Shown here piece after piece: positions 20,689 to 30,277 of a DNA stretch of 64,000 nt (position 1 is its first letter; every line of letters begins with the position of its first letter). Both the position numbers and the translations under genes were made by a program. The notes under the pieces are model-generated. The model saw only the letters and a list, made by a program, of their open reading frames with translations. It was not told the origin of the DNA and ran no database searches. Origin of the DNA: Limnothrix sp. BL-A-16 (GTDB lineage: Bacteria; Cyanobacteriota; Cyanobacteriia; CACIAM-69d); NCBI GenBank assembly GCA_041937175.2, contig CP166615.1, positions 2,784,001-2,848,000 of the forward strand, written 5' to 3'.

Positions 20689-21315
20689 CTAAGCGCAGGG
20701 CAGCAATTCCACCGACAAATCCGCCCGAATTCGGAGAGGCAAACCAGGGCGATCGCCCGAATCGTGAAAGGACAACACACAAGTGGAAGGGCCATCGCTC
20801 AACCAACCCCAAGACCCGCCCTCTAGTTCATCTGCCGAGATTTGGAGCAACCGGCGAGTTTCTTGCCAAGCCTGAGCCAATGCCTCCCTGCCCCCCGTGG
20901 TTGGCGTGCCCAAATAGGGATTGTGGTGAATAAAACGACCAAAGAGCCACTGGCAATCGGCCGCATATTTTTGCGTGTCGAGTAAATGGCAGTGCCACAC
21001 TTCGTCCACGTCCTCGCTGGGTACAAGGGCCATGTGAGGATAGCGATCGATGGCTCGTAAAAATTGCAAATAGCCTTGCAAAGCTGGGATTGCACGCTCC
21101 ATCGACCAACCCAACCCATGGGTTGCATCCGTGAGTTTGAACAAAATCGGTCGCCAGTCAATTTGTCGCAAGCGTCCGTGAATTGAGCTGCCCCCGTGGG
21201 AATTGTTAGCCAGAGTCTGGGTGGTCATGGTTTGATCAGATGAAGCGTCGGATCGATCTGAGGTGAACTGCCGCCGGGCAACAGAATAATCACTACCAAT
21301 CCCCTGCGTTGTCAT
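20689..21315 (-). CDS. Glycine-rich-domain-containing (GRDP)-like protein
   Basis: YLQFL...LVPSEDVDEVWHCHLLDTQKYAADCQWLFGRFIHHNPY...WQETRRL; GGAGG ribosome-binding site. Confidence 0.75.
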   Translation of the reverse strand: MTTQGIGSDYSVARRQFTSDRSDASSDQTMTTQTLANNSHGGSSIHGRLRQIDWRPILFKLTDATHGLGWSMERAIPALQGYLQFLRAIDRYPHMALVPSEDVDEVWHCHLLDTQKYAADCQWLFGRFIHHNPYLGTPTTGGREALAQAWQETRRLLQISADELEGGSWGWLSDGPSTCVLSFHDSGDRPGLPLRIRADLSVELLPCA

Positions 21316-21560
21316 GGGTTAGCCTCCCGTAATAATGAGCCAGGAAAAATAAGCTGAAGGAAATGAACTGGAAGTCACTCACCGGAAGTAATCAGCCAGG
21401 AAGAATGCAACTGTGGCTTCTATTAATCGGCTAAGTCCCAAAAACTTATGCAGACCCGTTAGGGGGGATCACCAAAGCGGCTGCAATCTTGATTCCATCG
21501 TCAATTGTTAAGTAGCCCTCTTATTCCACCGATTCCCTCTCGTTCCTAGGAGCGGCAAAC

Positions 21561-22424
21561 GTGGCTCGATCGATCAACTCAAACTCAATCGATTCCCCAG
21601 ACTCCCCAGATTCACCCGACCCAGCGGAGCCGGCGGATCCTGACCTGGCGCTGATTCGGCTCCTGCGCCAACTTCAGCCCCCCAAGTCCCGGAACCGCAA
21701 ACGGGCCCTTGAGCAGTTATTGGCCCTAATTCCCAAGCTGCCGGGTCTTCGGAAAGATTCACACCCGGACTATTTGGAAGCGCTGAACCTGGCGTTGGAG
21801 TATGTCCAAAAGAATATCGCTGCCTTTCGGTGCGACTTAGACCACAGCAGCCCGGAGTTGGTGCGCCGACGATTTGTGACCTGGGTGAATGGTCAGTTGA
21901 AGTATCGAATTATTGATCTCTATCGCCGCGCCAAAATGCCGCTCAATGCCCTCAGCTTGGATGCTCCGGTGGGAACCGATCGGGGCGATCGCCCTAGTTC
22001 CACATTGGGAGACTACGTGCCGGCCGGGTTGCGCTTAGATGGCATTGAAGCCCTGATTGAACAACAGCAACGTCAAACTGTGCAGCGCCAAGGGTTGCTG
22101 GTGGAGCTTTATATTGAGCGAGATCCCGAAGGCCGCCTGAGTAGTTGTTGTGGCACGAAAGATCCACAACTTAATTGTCAGTTCCTGGCTCAGTCGATTT
22201 TGTTGCAGACTCAGGGCGATCGGGTGGAGCGACAACCGCCCGAAAAAAAGGTGACTTGGCGTTCTTTAGCTCAGCAGTTGCAAATGAATGAACAAACAAT
22301 TCATAGTCACTGGAAGCGACGGTGCTATCCCATGTTGCAGGCGATCGCCCAGGAGATTTGCACCCAGCCAGCCCAATTTATGGAATTACTAGGCTTGATC
22401 ACCCCCAAAACAGGAGCGCCGTAA
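21561..22424 (+). CDS. Divergent sigma-70-like protein
   Basis: Region-2-like FVTWVNGQLKYRIIDLYRR, SLDAP, C-terminal HTH WRSLAQQLQMNEQTIHSHWKRRC; AGGAG at 21548-21552. Confidence 0.7.
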   Translation: MARSINSNSIDSPDSPDSPDPAEPADPDLALIRLLRQLQPPKSRNRKRALEQLLALIPKLPGLRKDSHPDYLEALNLALEYVQKNIAAFRCDLDHSSPELVRRRFVTWVNGQLKYRIIDLYRRAKMPLNALSLDAPVGTDRGDRPSSTLGDYVPAGLRLDGIEALIEQQQRQTVQRQGLLVELYIERDPEGRLSSCCGTKDPQLNCQFLAQSILLQTQGDRVERQPPEKKVTWRSLAQQLQMNEQTIHSHWKRRCYPMLQAIAQEICTQPAQFMELLGLITPKTGAP

Positions 22425-23404
22425 TGGACTGGGATCCACTTATCCTGTCTTTGGATCAAGCCGATCGGCAAAGGGCCTTGGCCCAAGCGGGTCAGGCGGC
22501 CAACCCCCATCAAGGACGAGCGGTATTTTTGGAAAGTTTGGCAATGGATGCGTTGGGGCATCTTTGGCAATGGTTGGCCCTGGAACCGTCGGGTCAGTTA
22601 CGGCCGGTTTCCAGGCTGCCCGGCGAGGTGGCTTGTCTGGCCGTGCCGCAAGTAGGTTCGATCGCCCTGTTGCCCTTTGTGATGGAGGCCCAGATCCCGG
22701 AAGCGCAAGACTCCAGCAGCCTTGAGCCTTTGGCAATGCCGCTAGATTGGCCCGATCACGTGGTGGCCTTTGTGCCGGTGGGAATTAATGCGCAACTGAC
22801 GGAGGCTTGGCTCTGGGGCTGGTTGGCCGTGGGCGATTTACCCCTGCCACCCCATGCGCCGGAACGATTACCGGTGACATCGCTTCAGGATTGGGAGGCC
22901 TTTGAAACCTATTTGGCGCGGGTTCGATCGGGCTTGGTTTGGATTGCGGAAGCTACGGATCCGATCGCCCGTCAAACTCGCCAGGCGATCGCCCCAAAGC
23001 AACGGGCTGCTGTTGTGATGTACCTGGAGCGGCTTTACCAATCCACGCGGAACCCATCACCTTCAGAATCGCAAATTCCCGGGAATTTCAACGATCGACT
23101 GCCCGATCGATTAACTGAATGGTTTTCAACAAACTTACCCCCTAACCTGAAGCCCGATCGCGCGGAGGGGCCGGGAGCCAATGCCGATTCTGCCGGAGAA
23201 CTGCCAGGGGAAGCGTCGCGCCCTCCAATCACCTATGGGCAAAAGTCATCGGCCTTAACCCCCCAAGTGCGCGATCGTCGGGGTTCCTATGGATCGCAGC
23301 CTACAGTTGGGGATTTGGAAACGGCGGCAGACTGGGAAACCTTGCCCCTGCGCCTGCTCGATCGACTGCGCCAATTGTGGGATGAGCAGACTTTTGGAGG
23401 TTGA
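22424..23404 (+). CDS. DUF1822-like protein
   Basis: TAATG stop/start overlap with AGGAG at 22412; VFLESLAMDAL, VACLAVPQVGSI, VAFVPVGINAQLTEAWLWGW, LPVTSLQDWEAF resemble the DUF1822 N-terminal half. Confidence 0.65.
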   Translation: MDWDPLILSLDQADRQRALAQAGQAANPHQGRAVFLESLAMDALGHLWQWLALEPSGQLRPVSRLPGEVACLAVPQVGSIALLPFVMEAQIPEAQDSSSLEPLAMPLDWPDHVVAFVPVGINAQLTEAWLWGWLAVGDLPLPPHAPERLPVTSLQDWEAFETYLARVRSGLVWIAEATDPIARQTRQAIAPKQRAAVVMYLERLYQSTRNPSPSESQIPGNFNDRLPDRLTEWFSTNLPPNLKPDRAEGPGANADSAGELPGEASRPPITYGQKSSALTPQVRDRRGSYGSQPTVGDLETAADWETLPLRLLDRLRQLWDEQTFGG

Positions 23405-23435
23405 TGTTGATCGGGATAGACCGGGCAATGAATTA

Positions 23436-23577
23436 GGGCCCGTCGCCATTTCTTGGAATCGAGCGAAAACCACTGATTTTTCATGCCCCAGTCGTTGTAA
23501 CAAGGGGCTTAAGCCCCTTGTCCCCCACGATCCGCTAACGGTGGAATCAGGGTTTCAAGCAACTTGACGACAGACCC
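23436..23577. mobile_element. MITE-like family A, single unit (142 bp)
   Basis: GGGCCCGTCGCCA ... TGACGACAGACCC imperfect TIRs; palindrome at 23501-23520. Confidence 0.8.
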
Positions 23578-23595
23578 TGAGGCCATCAAACAAAA

Positions 23596-24168
23596 TCAAG
23601 AGGAAGCGGAATCGCCATAACGCAATCGTTCAAGCTGCTGGCGCACCGCATCATCCAGGCGATTGCTCAGGAAGCGGCCACTGCTGGTTTGGGTCGATCG
23701 CTGCCGACGACGCACCTGTTGCTCTGCTAATTCAATGTCGTGGAGCAATTGCTGAACAGACATCCACTCAGCGCCATAGCCGATCGTGGTCATCTGTTGG
23801 GCGCGATCGGACGTGGCCACAATCACGCGCCGACTGGCTCGATTCACCTCGCGGCTGTAGAGCGCGCAGGCCCGTTCAATGTAAGTGTCAGCCGTTTGCC
23901 CAAATTCCGTGTAATGCACCGTTAGGTGATCCGTGATGGTCTCCGCAGAAGCCCGTTCTGCTCGGTATTGGGCATCAAAGACCAGATAAGTTGCAAACGC
24001 CCGATAGGCACTATAGTTGCAAAGTTGCTGAATCAACTCCCAACGGGCTGCCTCCAAGTCGTCCCGCTCTAGGTGTCGGTGCATGGAACGTTTTCGCATT
24101 TGCGACCACTGACCAATGGCGTTGTAGCCATCGACGAAGAGAGTCGCTTCATGCGATCGGGCAGTCAC
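23596..24168 (-). CDS. NYN-domain RNase (YacP/Rae1-like)
   Basis: LFVDGYN, LVFDA, QTADTYIE, VATSD. Confidence 0.9.
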   Translation of the reverse strand: MTARSHEATLFVDGYNAIGQWSQMRKRSMHRHLERDDLEAARWELIQQLCNYSAYRAFATYLVFDAQYRAERASAETITDHLTVHYTEFGQTADTYIERACALYSREVNRASRRVIVATSDRAQQMTTIGYGAEWMSVQQLLHDIELAEQQVRRRQRSTQTSSGRFLSNRLDDAVRQQLERLRYGDSASS

Positions 24169-24308
24169 AAGCGTTGCCTACACTTTGCTTACAAGGGTGG
24201 TTCGCAAACTATCTTAATACGCAGATTCCCCTTCAACCGTATCGGCCAATGCTTGTCAGATGTCGATGATGGGTGGATCATTGCCCGCTTGCCTTTTGTT
24301 TTCCACCC

Positions 24309-25052
24309 ATGGCCGCTTCCAACCACTACGAAACCCTTCAGGTCGATCGCACCGCCACCGCCGCTCAAATTAAGCAGGCCTATCGGCGTTTGGTGAAGCA
24401 GTTTCACCCGGACTGCAATCCTGATTTGCCCAACAATGACCAAATTGCCGCCATCAACATCGCCTACGAAGTTCTCAGCGATGACCAGCGGCGGGCTGAC
24501 TACGATGTGGCATTGCGCTATGGCCAATTCGATCGCGCCGACAATTGGAACCACCAGCCCTATTCCACCCATCAACAATGGGCACAACGCAGCACCACCG
24601 CCACGGAACAACATCGCCAACAGCGGCGATCGCGCCAAACGGGTCGAGCTGCTGATGAGGACTTGGAACAATGGTTACGACGGGTTCATACACCGGTCGA
24701 TCGCGCCATTCGCGAAATTGCCCGATCGCTCAAGGGAGCCGTGAACGCCCTCGCCGCCGATCCCTACGATGACGAATTGATGGCGAACTTTGAAGCCTAT
24801 TTGGAACGGATGACCACGGCACTCGATCGAGCCAAGGCCACCTTACAATCCATGCCCAATCCCCGCAGCACCGCTGGCATTGCTGCCAATTTGTACTACA
24901 GCTTGAACCACCTGGGCGATGGGTTGGAGGAGTTAGCCTACTTCCCGCTGAATTATGACGAAACTCGGCTCCATGACGGCCAGGAATTTTTCCGCAATGC
25001 CGAAGGGTTACGCCGAGAAGCTAAGGCTGCTGTTAATCAGTTGGGGCGTTAG
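24309..25052 (+). CDS. J-domain (DnaJ type III) protein
   Basis: NHYETL, IKQAYRRLVKQFHPD, INIAYEVLSD. Confidence 0.9.
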   Translation: MAASNHYETLQVDRTATAAQIKQAYRRLVKQFHPDCNPDLPNNDQIAAINIAYEVLSDDQRRADYDVALRYGQFDRADNWNHQPYSTHQQWAQRSTTATEQHRQQRRSRQTGRAADEDLEQWLRRVHTPVDRAIREIARSLKGAVNALAADPYDDELMANFEAYLERMTTALDRAKATLQSMPNPRSTAGIAANLYYSLNHLGDGLEELAYFPLNYDETRLHDGQEFFRNAEGLRREAKAAVNQLGR

Positions 25053-25150
25053 GGTCGGCGCGGTTGGTATGCACATTTCGTATGTACATTTCGTGTAGGT
25101 ATTTTGTATAAATTTTATCTACTCAAAAATACTCGTCTATTCAAAAAATA

Positions 25151-28129
25151 CTATTCAAAAAAGCCGCGAATGACCTTGGTTAAATGGGCCAATTCCACAG
25201 GTTTGGAAAGATATTCATTAGCTCCAGCAGCCAAGCAACGGGCCCGATCGCCAGCCATGGCGAAGGCCGTCAAAGCAATCATCGGAATATGAGCCGTTTG
25301 GGGATTTTCACGAATGAGTGCCATGGCCTCTAGCCCGTTCATTTCTGGCATTTGGATATCCATCAAAATCAAATCAGGCTGATAGTCAATTGCCATTTCA
25401 ACGGCTTCTCGACCATTGCCAGCTCGCAAGAATCGATAACCTCGATTCGTCAAGTATCGAGCAATCGTTTGGGCATTTTCAAAATTATCATCGGCCAGCA
25501 AAATGAGCGGCGGAACAATGGGTAAGTGGGGAGAAATTTTCAGCGTTGGGGCCCACAAATTCACCAACTCTTCTCCTCTTAGTGAATCAAGATGATCTGC
25601 CCGATCGCGATCCGATCGCAATTCTGATGTTGATCCTGAATTTGGCTCAGTCTCATCATCCAACGCAACAGAACGCCCAACATCATCCGACACGGAAATC
25701 AACAATGTGCTGGGAAGGTCGATCGTGAAACAACTGCCGAAGCCCACCCGACTTGTAACGCCAACTCGTCCACCATGTAATTCAACCAAGCGCTTCACTA
25801 AGGACAAGCCCAAGCCTGTTCCTTCGTATTGACGATTAAGCGCCTCATCCAGTTGCGTGAAGGGGTGAAACAATCGGTGAAAATCTGCTTCCGCAATGCC
25901 AATTCCAGTGTCAATGACAGCAAAGCGGATGAATGGATGATCGGGATCTGGAAGCGACACTTGCAGCGTAATTGAGCCACCTTCAGAGGTAAATTTCACT
26001 GCATTGCTCAGCAAGTTCACGATCGATTGTTGCAGTCGTCGTTCATCTGCCATCAGTTGCAAATTTCCATGGGTTTGCATCACCAACGGCAGATCAAGGT
26101 TGATTGCAATACTTTTTGCGATCGCCTGTTGTTTGACCAACGTTAGGCAAAATCGGCAAAGCATTTCGATATTGACTGGAGCCAGCTCAATTCCAAACTT
26201 GCCTTCTTCAATTTTCGACAAATCTAAAATATCTGTGATCAGAGCCAACAAATGGCGACCATTCCGCTCAACGGTCTCCAGAACATTGCGTTGCTCTTCC
26301 GTCACAGGGCCAAACATATCCTCTTTCAAACATTCCGTAAAACCCAGAACGGAGTTAAGGGGCGTGCGCAATTCATGGCTCATGATCGCCAAGAAATTAC
26401 TTTTTGCTCGATTTGCTTTTTCAGCATTACTGGCCGCTTGCAGAGCCGCTTCTTGGCTTCTTGCCAATTCATAGGTTCGCTTTTCTACCAACAGGTTCAC
26501 CAAAATGGAGTTGCGAATTTGGGCGATCGAAAAAGCCCCCGTTAACCCCGTAATAAAAAACCCAGAGAGCAACACCACCATGGGTTCATTGGTACTTAAT
26601 TCGCGAATATAGGCTTCCATCGCCCAAAATTGAATTTCCCAAGCGCGTCCCCCAAAGCGAATCATTTGCTCTCGGGTCATGTAGGCATTTTTATTCTGTT
26701 GAGCACCCTGAAGGTTTGACTGGTAAAGCATTTCCGAAAGCGGCTGATCATACAGGGTGAATTCAATTCCCTTGGAAACTAAATTCCGAAAAGAAGTTTC
26801 CAGCAAATCCCCGACTCGAAAAACGACAGATAAATAGCCAGACAGAGATTTTTGCCGATCGACTATGGTGGTTGGCAGCGGCAATTCATAAACCGGCAAA
26901 TAGAGAATTACACCCTGCTGTTGACCCGTTTCTTGGGCAAGTTGAATGGGCGGTGTGGCCGTTAAACCGCCAGAGTCCCGAGCCAGCTCTAGAGTCCGAA
27001 GACGGCGGCTTTCTGACCCTAAGTTAAACCCAAAAGCACGCTGATTTCCATTCAGCGGTTCGATATATAACACGGGGTAATAGGTTTCCCGATCGCGATC
27101 GGGAATTAGCCGATTGTTTTCATCGCGTTGTTGAAATTGAAAGTTAGCAAACCCTTCTTCGCGAATGTAGGCCTCATATTTCGCCCGATCGCCCCGTTTC
27201 ACCACCGGATTCCAACCAACGGCTTGGATTCCTCGAACTCGCTCAAAATAGGGATCCGTAAAGATTTTGAACTGTTGCCGACTCACTGGAATCAAACCCC
27301 GATCGCGGTCAGCCGTATCAAACAACCCTTGCAAACTAAAGAGAATTTGCGTGGCCTTATCCAAATTCTCGTGTAACCGTTGAGTAATGATTTCCGTGTC
27401 ATTTTCAAACACAGCATAGAGGCGTTGTCGTTCCGCATTTTTTGTGATTTGAAAAGCGAAAATCGTTGAGCTTAAAACCAACAAAGCGGGCAAAATATAG
27501 GATGCAAATTGTCGATCGCGGTTAGACTCACGGTGTAGTTTCAGGACAATGCGTTGGCGCTTGAGCATATACACAATGCCAACGGGCAAAACTGCCAAAA
27601 CTCCCAACGAATCACCAATCCACCAATTCCACCAAGATTCCAAAACCTGAGACCAAGTAATGGAGTGGCTGGCGAGCAACACACCATTACCAACCGTTGC
27701 CCCCACAGTGCAACTGATGGGTCCCGCCAACACCAGTAGTGCCAGAATCCCTAAAAATTCTTCTCGCCAAATGGGATGCTTAAACAGTTTCCGTAATAAA
27801 ACATTGCCGCTATAGGCTTGCAAAATTGCGCCCAGAGCAATGCCAGCTCCCACCAAAACAACACTGAGATTAATTGAGCCGATCGCCCTTGTGCCGATTA
27901 GCACATTCAGGACAAAAGATCCTAGCCAAATACCTAAGTAGGAATATTTTTTCCAATATAAAGCTGCCAGCAAAGCGATCCCCGCCGCTGGCCAAACCGG
28001 TGAAGCATAGCCCGGTGGAATGGCAAAATAGCCCGACAATAAGCCGGTTCCACAATAGGCAACCGCAACTGCGGCTGTCTTTTTCCAGAAGTCTCTAACA
28101 CATCGCCTAATAACATCAGAAAGTCTCAT
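25151..28129 (-). CDS. Hybrid sensor histidine kinase (MASE1-CHASE-HisKA-HATPase-REC)
   Basis: SPVWPAAGIAL and WWIGDSLGVL (MASE1); YYPVLYIEPLNGNQRAFGFNL (CHASE); MSHELRTPL; NLLSNAVKFT; GTGLGL; LILMDIQMP. Confidence 0.93.
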   Translation of the reverse strand: MRLSDVIRRCVRDFWKKTAAVAVAYCGTGLLSGYFAIPPGYASPVWPAAGIALLAALYWKKYSYLGIWLGSFVLNVLIGTRAIGSINLSVVLVGAGIALGAILQAYSGNVLLRKLFKHPIWREEFLGILALLVLAGPISCTVGATVGNGVLLASHSITWSQVLESWWNWWIGDSLGVLAVLPVGIVYMLKRQRIVLKLHRESNRDRQFASYILPALLVLSSTIFAFQITKNAERQRLYAVFENDTEIITQRLHENLDKATQILFSLQGLFDTADRDRGLIPVSRQQFKIFTDPYFERVRGIQAVGWNPVVKRGDRAKYEAYIREEGFANFQFQQRDENNRLIPDRDRETYYPVLYIEPLNGNQRAFGFNLGSESRRLRTLELARDSGGLTATPPIQLAQETGQQQGVILYLPVYELPLPTTIVDRQKSLSGYLSVVFRVGDLLETSFRNLVSKGIEFTLYDQPLSEMLYQSNLQGAQQNKNAYMTREQMIRFGGRAWEIQFWAMEAYIRELSTNEPMVVLLSGFFITGLTGAFSIAQIRNSILVNLLVEKRTYELARSQEAALQAASNAEKANRAKSNFLAIMSHELRTPLNSVLGFTECLKEDMFGPVTEEQRNVLETVERNGRHLLALITDILDLSKIEEGKFGIELAPVNIEMLCRFCLTLVKQQAIAKSIAINLDLPLVMQTHGNLQLMADERRLQQSIVNLLSNAVKFTSEGGSITLQVSLPDPDHPFIRFAVIDTGIGIAEADFHRLFHPFTQLDEALNRQYEGTGLGLSLVKRLVELHGGRVGVTSRVGFGSCFTIDLPSTLLISVSDDVGRSVALDDETEPNSGSTSELRSDRDRADHLDSLRGEELVNLWAPTLKISPHLPIVPPLILLADDNFENAQTIARYLTNRGYRFLRAGNGREAVEMAIDYQPDLILMDIQMPEMNGLEAMALIRENPQTAHIPMIALTAFAMAGDRARCLAAGANEYLSKPVELAHLTKVIRGFFE

Positions 28130-28693
28130 GGGAGATGAACAGTTCAATGTTGATCGATATCCCCTCTTCCTGATGGCTAAAAACTCTAATGCTTTCGATA
28201 ACTCTTGATCGCGTTGGTAGTGTTGATAGCCGCAGGCTGAATCTCGACGTTTAGAATTTTGACGTTTAGACGTTCAGACGTTTATGAGATGCTGCTTCCC
28301 CCTCAGCATTCACCCGATCGGTTCGCTAACTAGGCACTAGTGCTACCTGATCGAACGGAGAGCAAGATTGAATGACGATGGTTCCAACTGCCACGATCTT
28401 ATCAGACTGACTCAGAAGCGGTTGGCGCACTCAGGATTCATATTGGCGGTTAATGTGCGCAATTCAGGCTCCTATCTTCGATTTGAGGCACTTTTTAGCC
28501 CAATTGTCGGGGCCATCCTAAATTTTTCCAAGGTTGTCCCAAGGGTCGATCGCCCGGTTGAACCATCTGCCAACGGTTTTCAGTCCTCGATTAAGGTGCT
28601 CAGATCCGCCTATGTATCCACACAGATTCAGGGCTGCAATCTGCAATCATCCAACCAAGCCCAACATTCCCAAAACAACCCCCAAACCAATCA

Positions 28694-28722
28694 AAAGGGG
28701 AGCAGCAAAGCTACTCCCCTTT
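28694..28722 (-). terminator. Intrinsic terminator after psbA
   Basis: AAAGGGGAG-CAGCAAAGCTA-CTCCCCTTT hairpin, T-run on the minus strand. Confidence 0.75.
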
Positions 28723-28777
28723 CCAGCAAGATTTAGTTGTGTTTTTGGCTCGATCGAGCGATCGAGCCAAGGCAGGT

Positions 28778-29857
28778 TTAGCCGTTGATCGCCGGAGCTT
28801 GCAGGGCAACCGGAGCTTCAGCGCCAGCAGCCAGATCCAGCGGGAAGTTGTGAGCATTACGCTCGTGCATCACTTCCATACCGAGGTTGGCGCGGTTGAT
28901 CACGTCAGCCCAGGTGTTGATCACATGACCTTGCGAATCAACAACCGATTGGTTGAAGTTGAAGCCGTTCAGGTTGAACGCCATCGTCGAGATACCCAGT
29001 GCAGTGAACCAGATACCCACAACCGGCCAAGCACCCAAGAAGAAGTGCAGCGAGCGGCTGTTGTTGAACGAAGCGTATTGGAAGATCAAGCGACCGAAGT
29101 AGCCGTGGGCTGCAACGATGTTGTAGGTTTCTTCCTCTTGACCGAACTTGTAGCCGTAGTTTTGGCTTTCCACTTCCGAGGTTTCACGCACCAGCGAGCT
29201 GGTTACCAAGGAGCCGTGCATTGCCGAGAACAGCGAGCCACCGAACACACCGGCAACGCCCAACATGTGGAAGGGGTGCATCAGAATGTTGTGCTCAGCT
29301 TGGAACACCAACATGAAGTTGAAGGTGCCCGAGATGCCCAAAGGCATACCGTCAGAGAACGAACCTTGACCGATCGGGTAGATCAGGAACACGGAGGTTG
29401 CAGCAGCCACAGGAGCGCTGTAAGCCACGCAGATCCAAGGACGCATACCGAGGCGGTAGCTCAGTTCCCACTGACGACCCATGTAGCAGAAGATGCCGAT
29501 CAGGAAGTGGAACACCACCAACTGATAGGGGCCGCCGTTGTACAGCCACTCATCCAAGGAAGCAGCTTCCCAGATGGGGTAGAAGTGCAAACCGATGGCG
29601 TTCGACGAGGGGATCACAGCACCGGAGATGATGTTGTTTCCGTACAGCAGCGAACCAGCCACGGGTTCGCGGATGCCGTCGATGTCAACCGGGGGAGCGC
29701 CGATGAAGGCGATGATGTAGCAGATGGTTGCGGTCAGCAGGTTGGGGATCATCAACACACCAAACCAACCGACATAGATCCGGTTGTTGGTGCTGGTGAT
29801 CCAATCGCAGAAGCGATCCCAACTGCTACCACCTTGACGGGTGATCGTTGCAGTCAT
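28778..29857 (-). CDS. psbA: Photosystem II D1 protein (Q130 form), 359 aa
   Basis: Canonical D1 sequence with Mn-cluster ligand motifs intact ([26 protein letters not shown]); YMGRQWE. Confidence 0.99.
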   Translation of the reverse strand: MTATITRQGGSSWDRFCDWITSTNNRIYVGWFGVLMIPNLLTATICYIIAFIGAPPVDIDGIREPVAGSLLYGNNIISGAVIPSSNAIGLHFYPIWEAASLDEWLYNGGPYQLVVFHFLIGIFCYMGRQWELSYRLGMRPWICVAYSAPVAAATSVFLIYPIGQGSFSDGMPLGISGTFNFMLVFQAEHNILMHPFHMLGVAGVFGGSLFSAMHGSLVTSSLVRETSEVESQNYGYKFGQEEETYNIVAAHGYFGRLIFQYASFNNSRSLHFFLGAWPVVGIWFTALGISTMAFNLNGFNFNQSVVDSQGHVINTWADVINRANLGMEVMHERNAHNFPLDLAAGAEAPVALQAPAING

Positions 29858-29959
29858 TTGTAAATGAATCCGTGTTGAAGAATGGAAATGAGGCAATTGG
29901 AAATCAATGAATTATGTCAATCCAAGTTGCTTTTTAGATCCTAGAGACTTACCTTCCGT

Positions 29960-30110
29960 AACGTCCACGAAGTTGAATATATTTTTATGAAAAAGATTGA
30001 TTAAATTTAAAGTAAAACAAACAAAAATTGAGTTTCGTAAAAATATTAATAAATAATATGAATTTTTTAAAAAAGCGTTACAAAGCGATGTTGTAAAACG
30101 TTACACAACT
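29960..30110 (-). promoter_or_regulatory. AT-rich psbA upstream/promoter region
   Basis: Sharply AT-rich tract with several TTACA/TGTAA half-sites near 30075-30106. Confidence 0.5.
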
Positions 30111-30277
30111 GAAGGTTGCTGACCGAGCGCCGATAGTCACACCAAGTCGAGCGGACGCGATCGAGTGCAATCAAGCGCGATCGAGCAAGCATGTCAAACA
30201 AGCATGATTGAAATTTCACCAGAAAGCCTGAACACTCAGGCAATCCAATCCCTCACCACTGCCGAGCAGTTACTAAT

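Noticed and set aside
28739..29863. 374-aa plus-strand ORF
   Set aside because: Antisense shadow of the strongly codon-biased psbA.
30083..30106. NtcA site upstream of psbA
   Set aside because: The GTA...TAC spacing is 6 nt, not the canonical 8.
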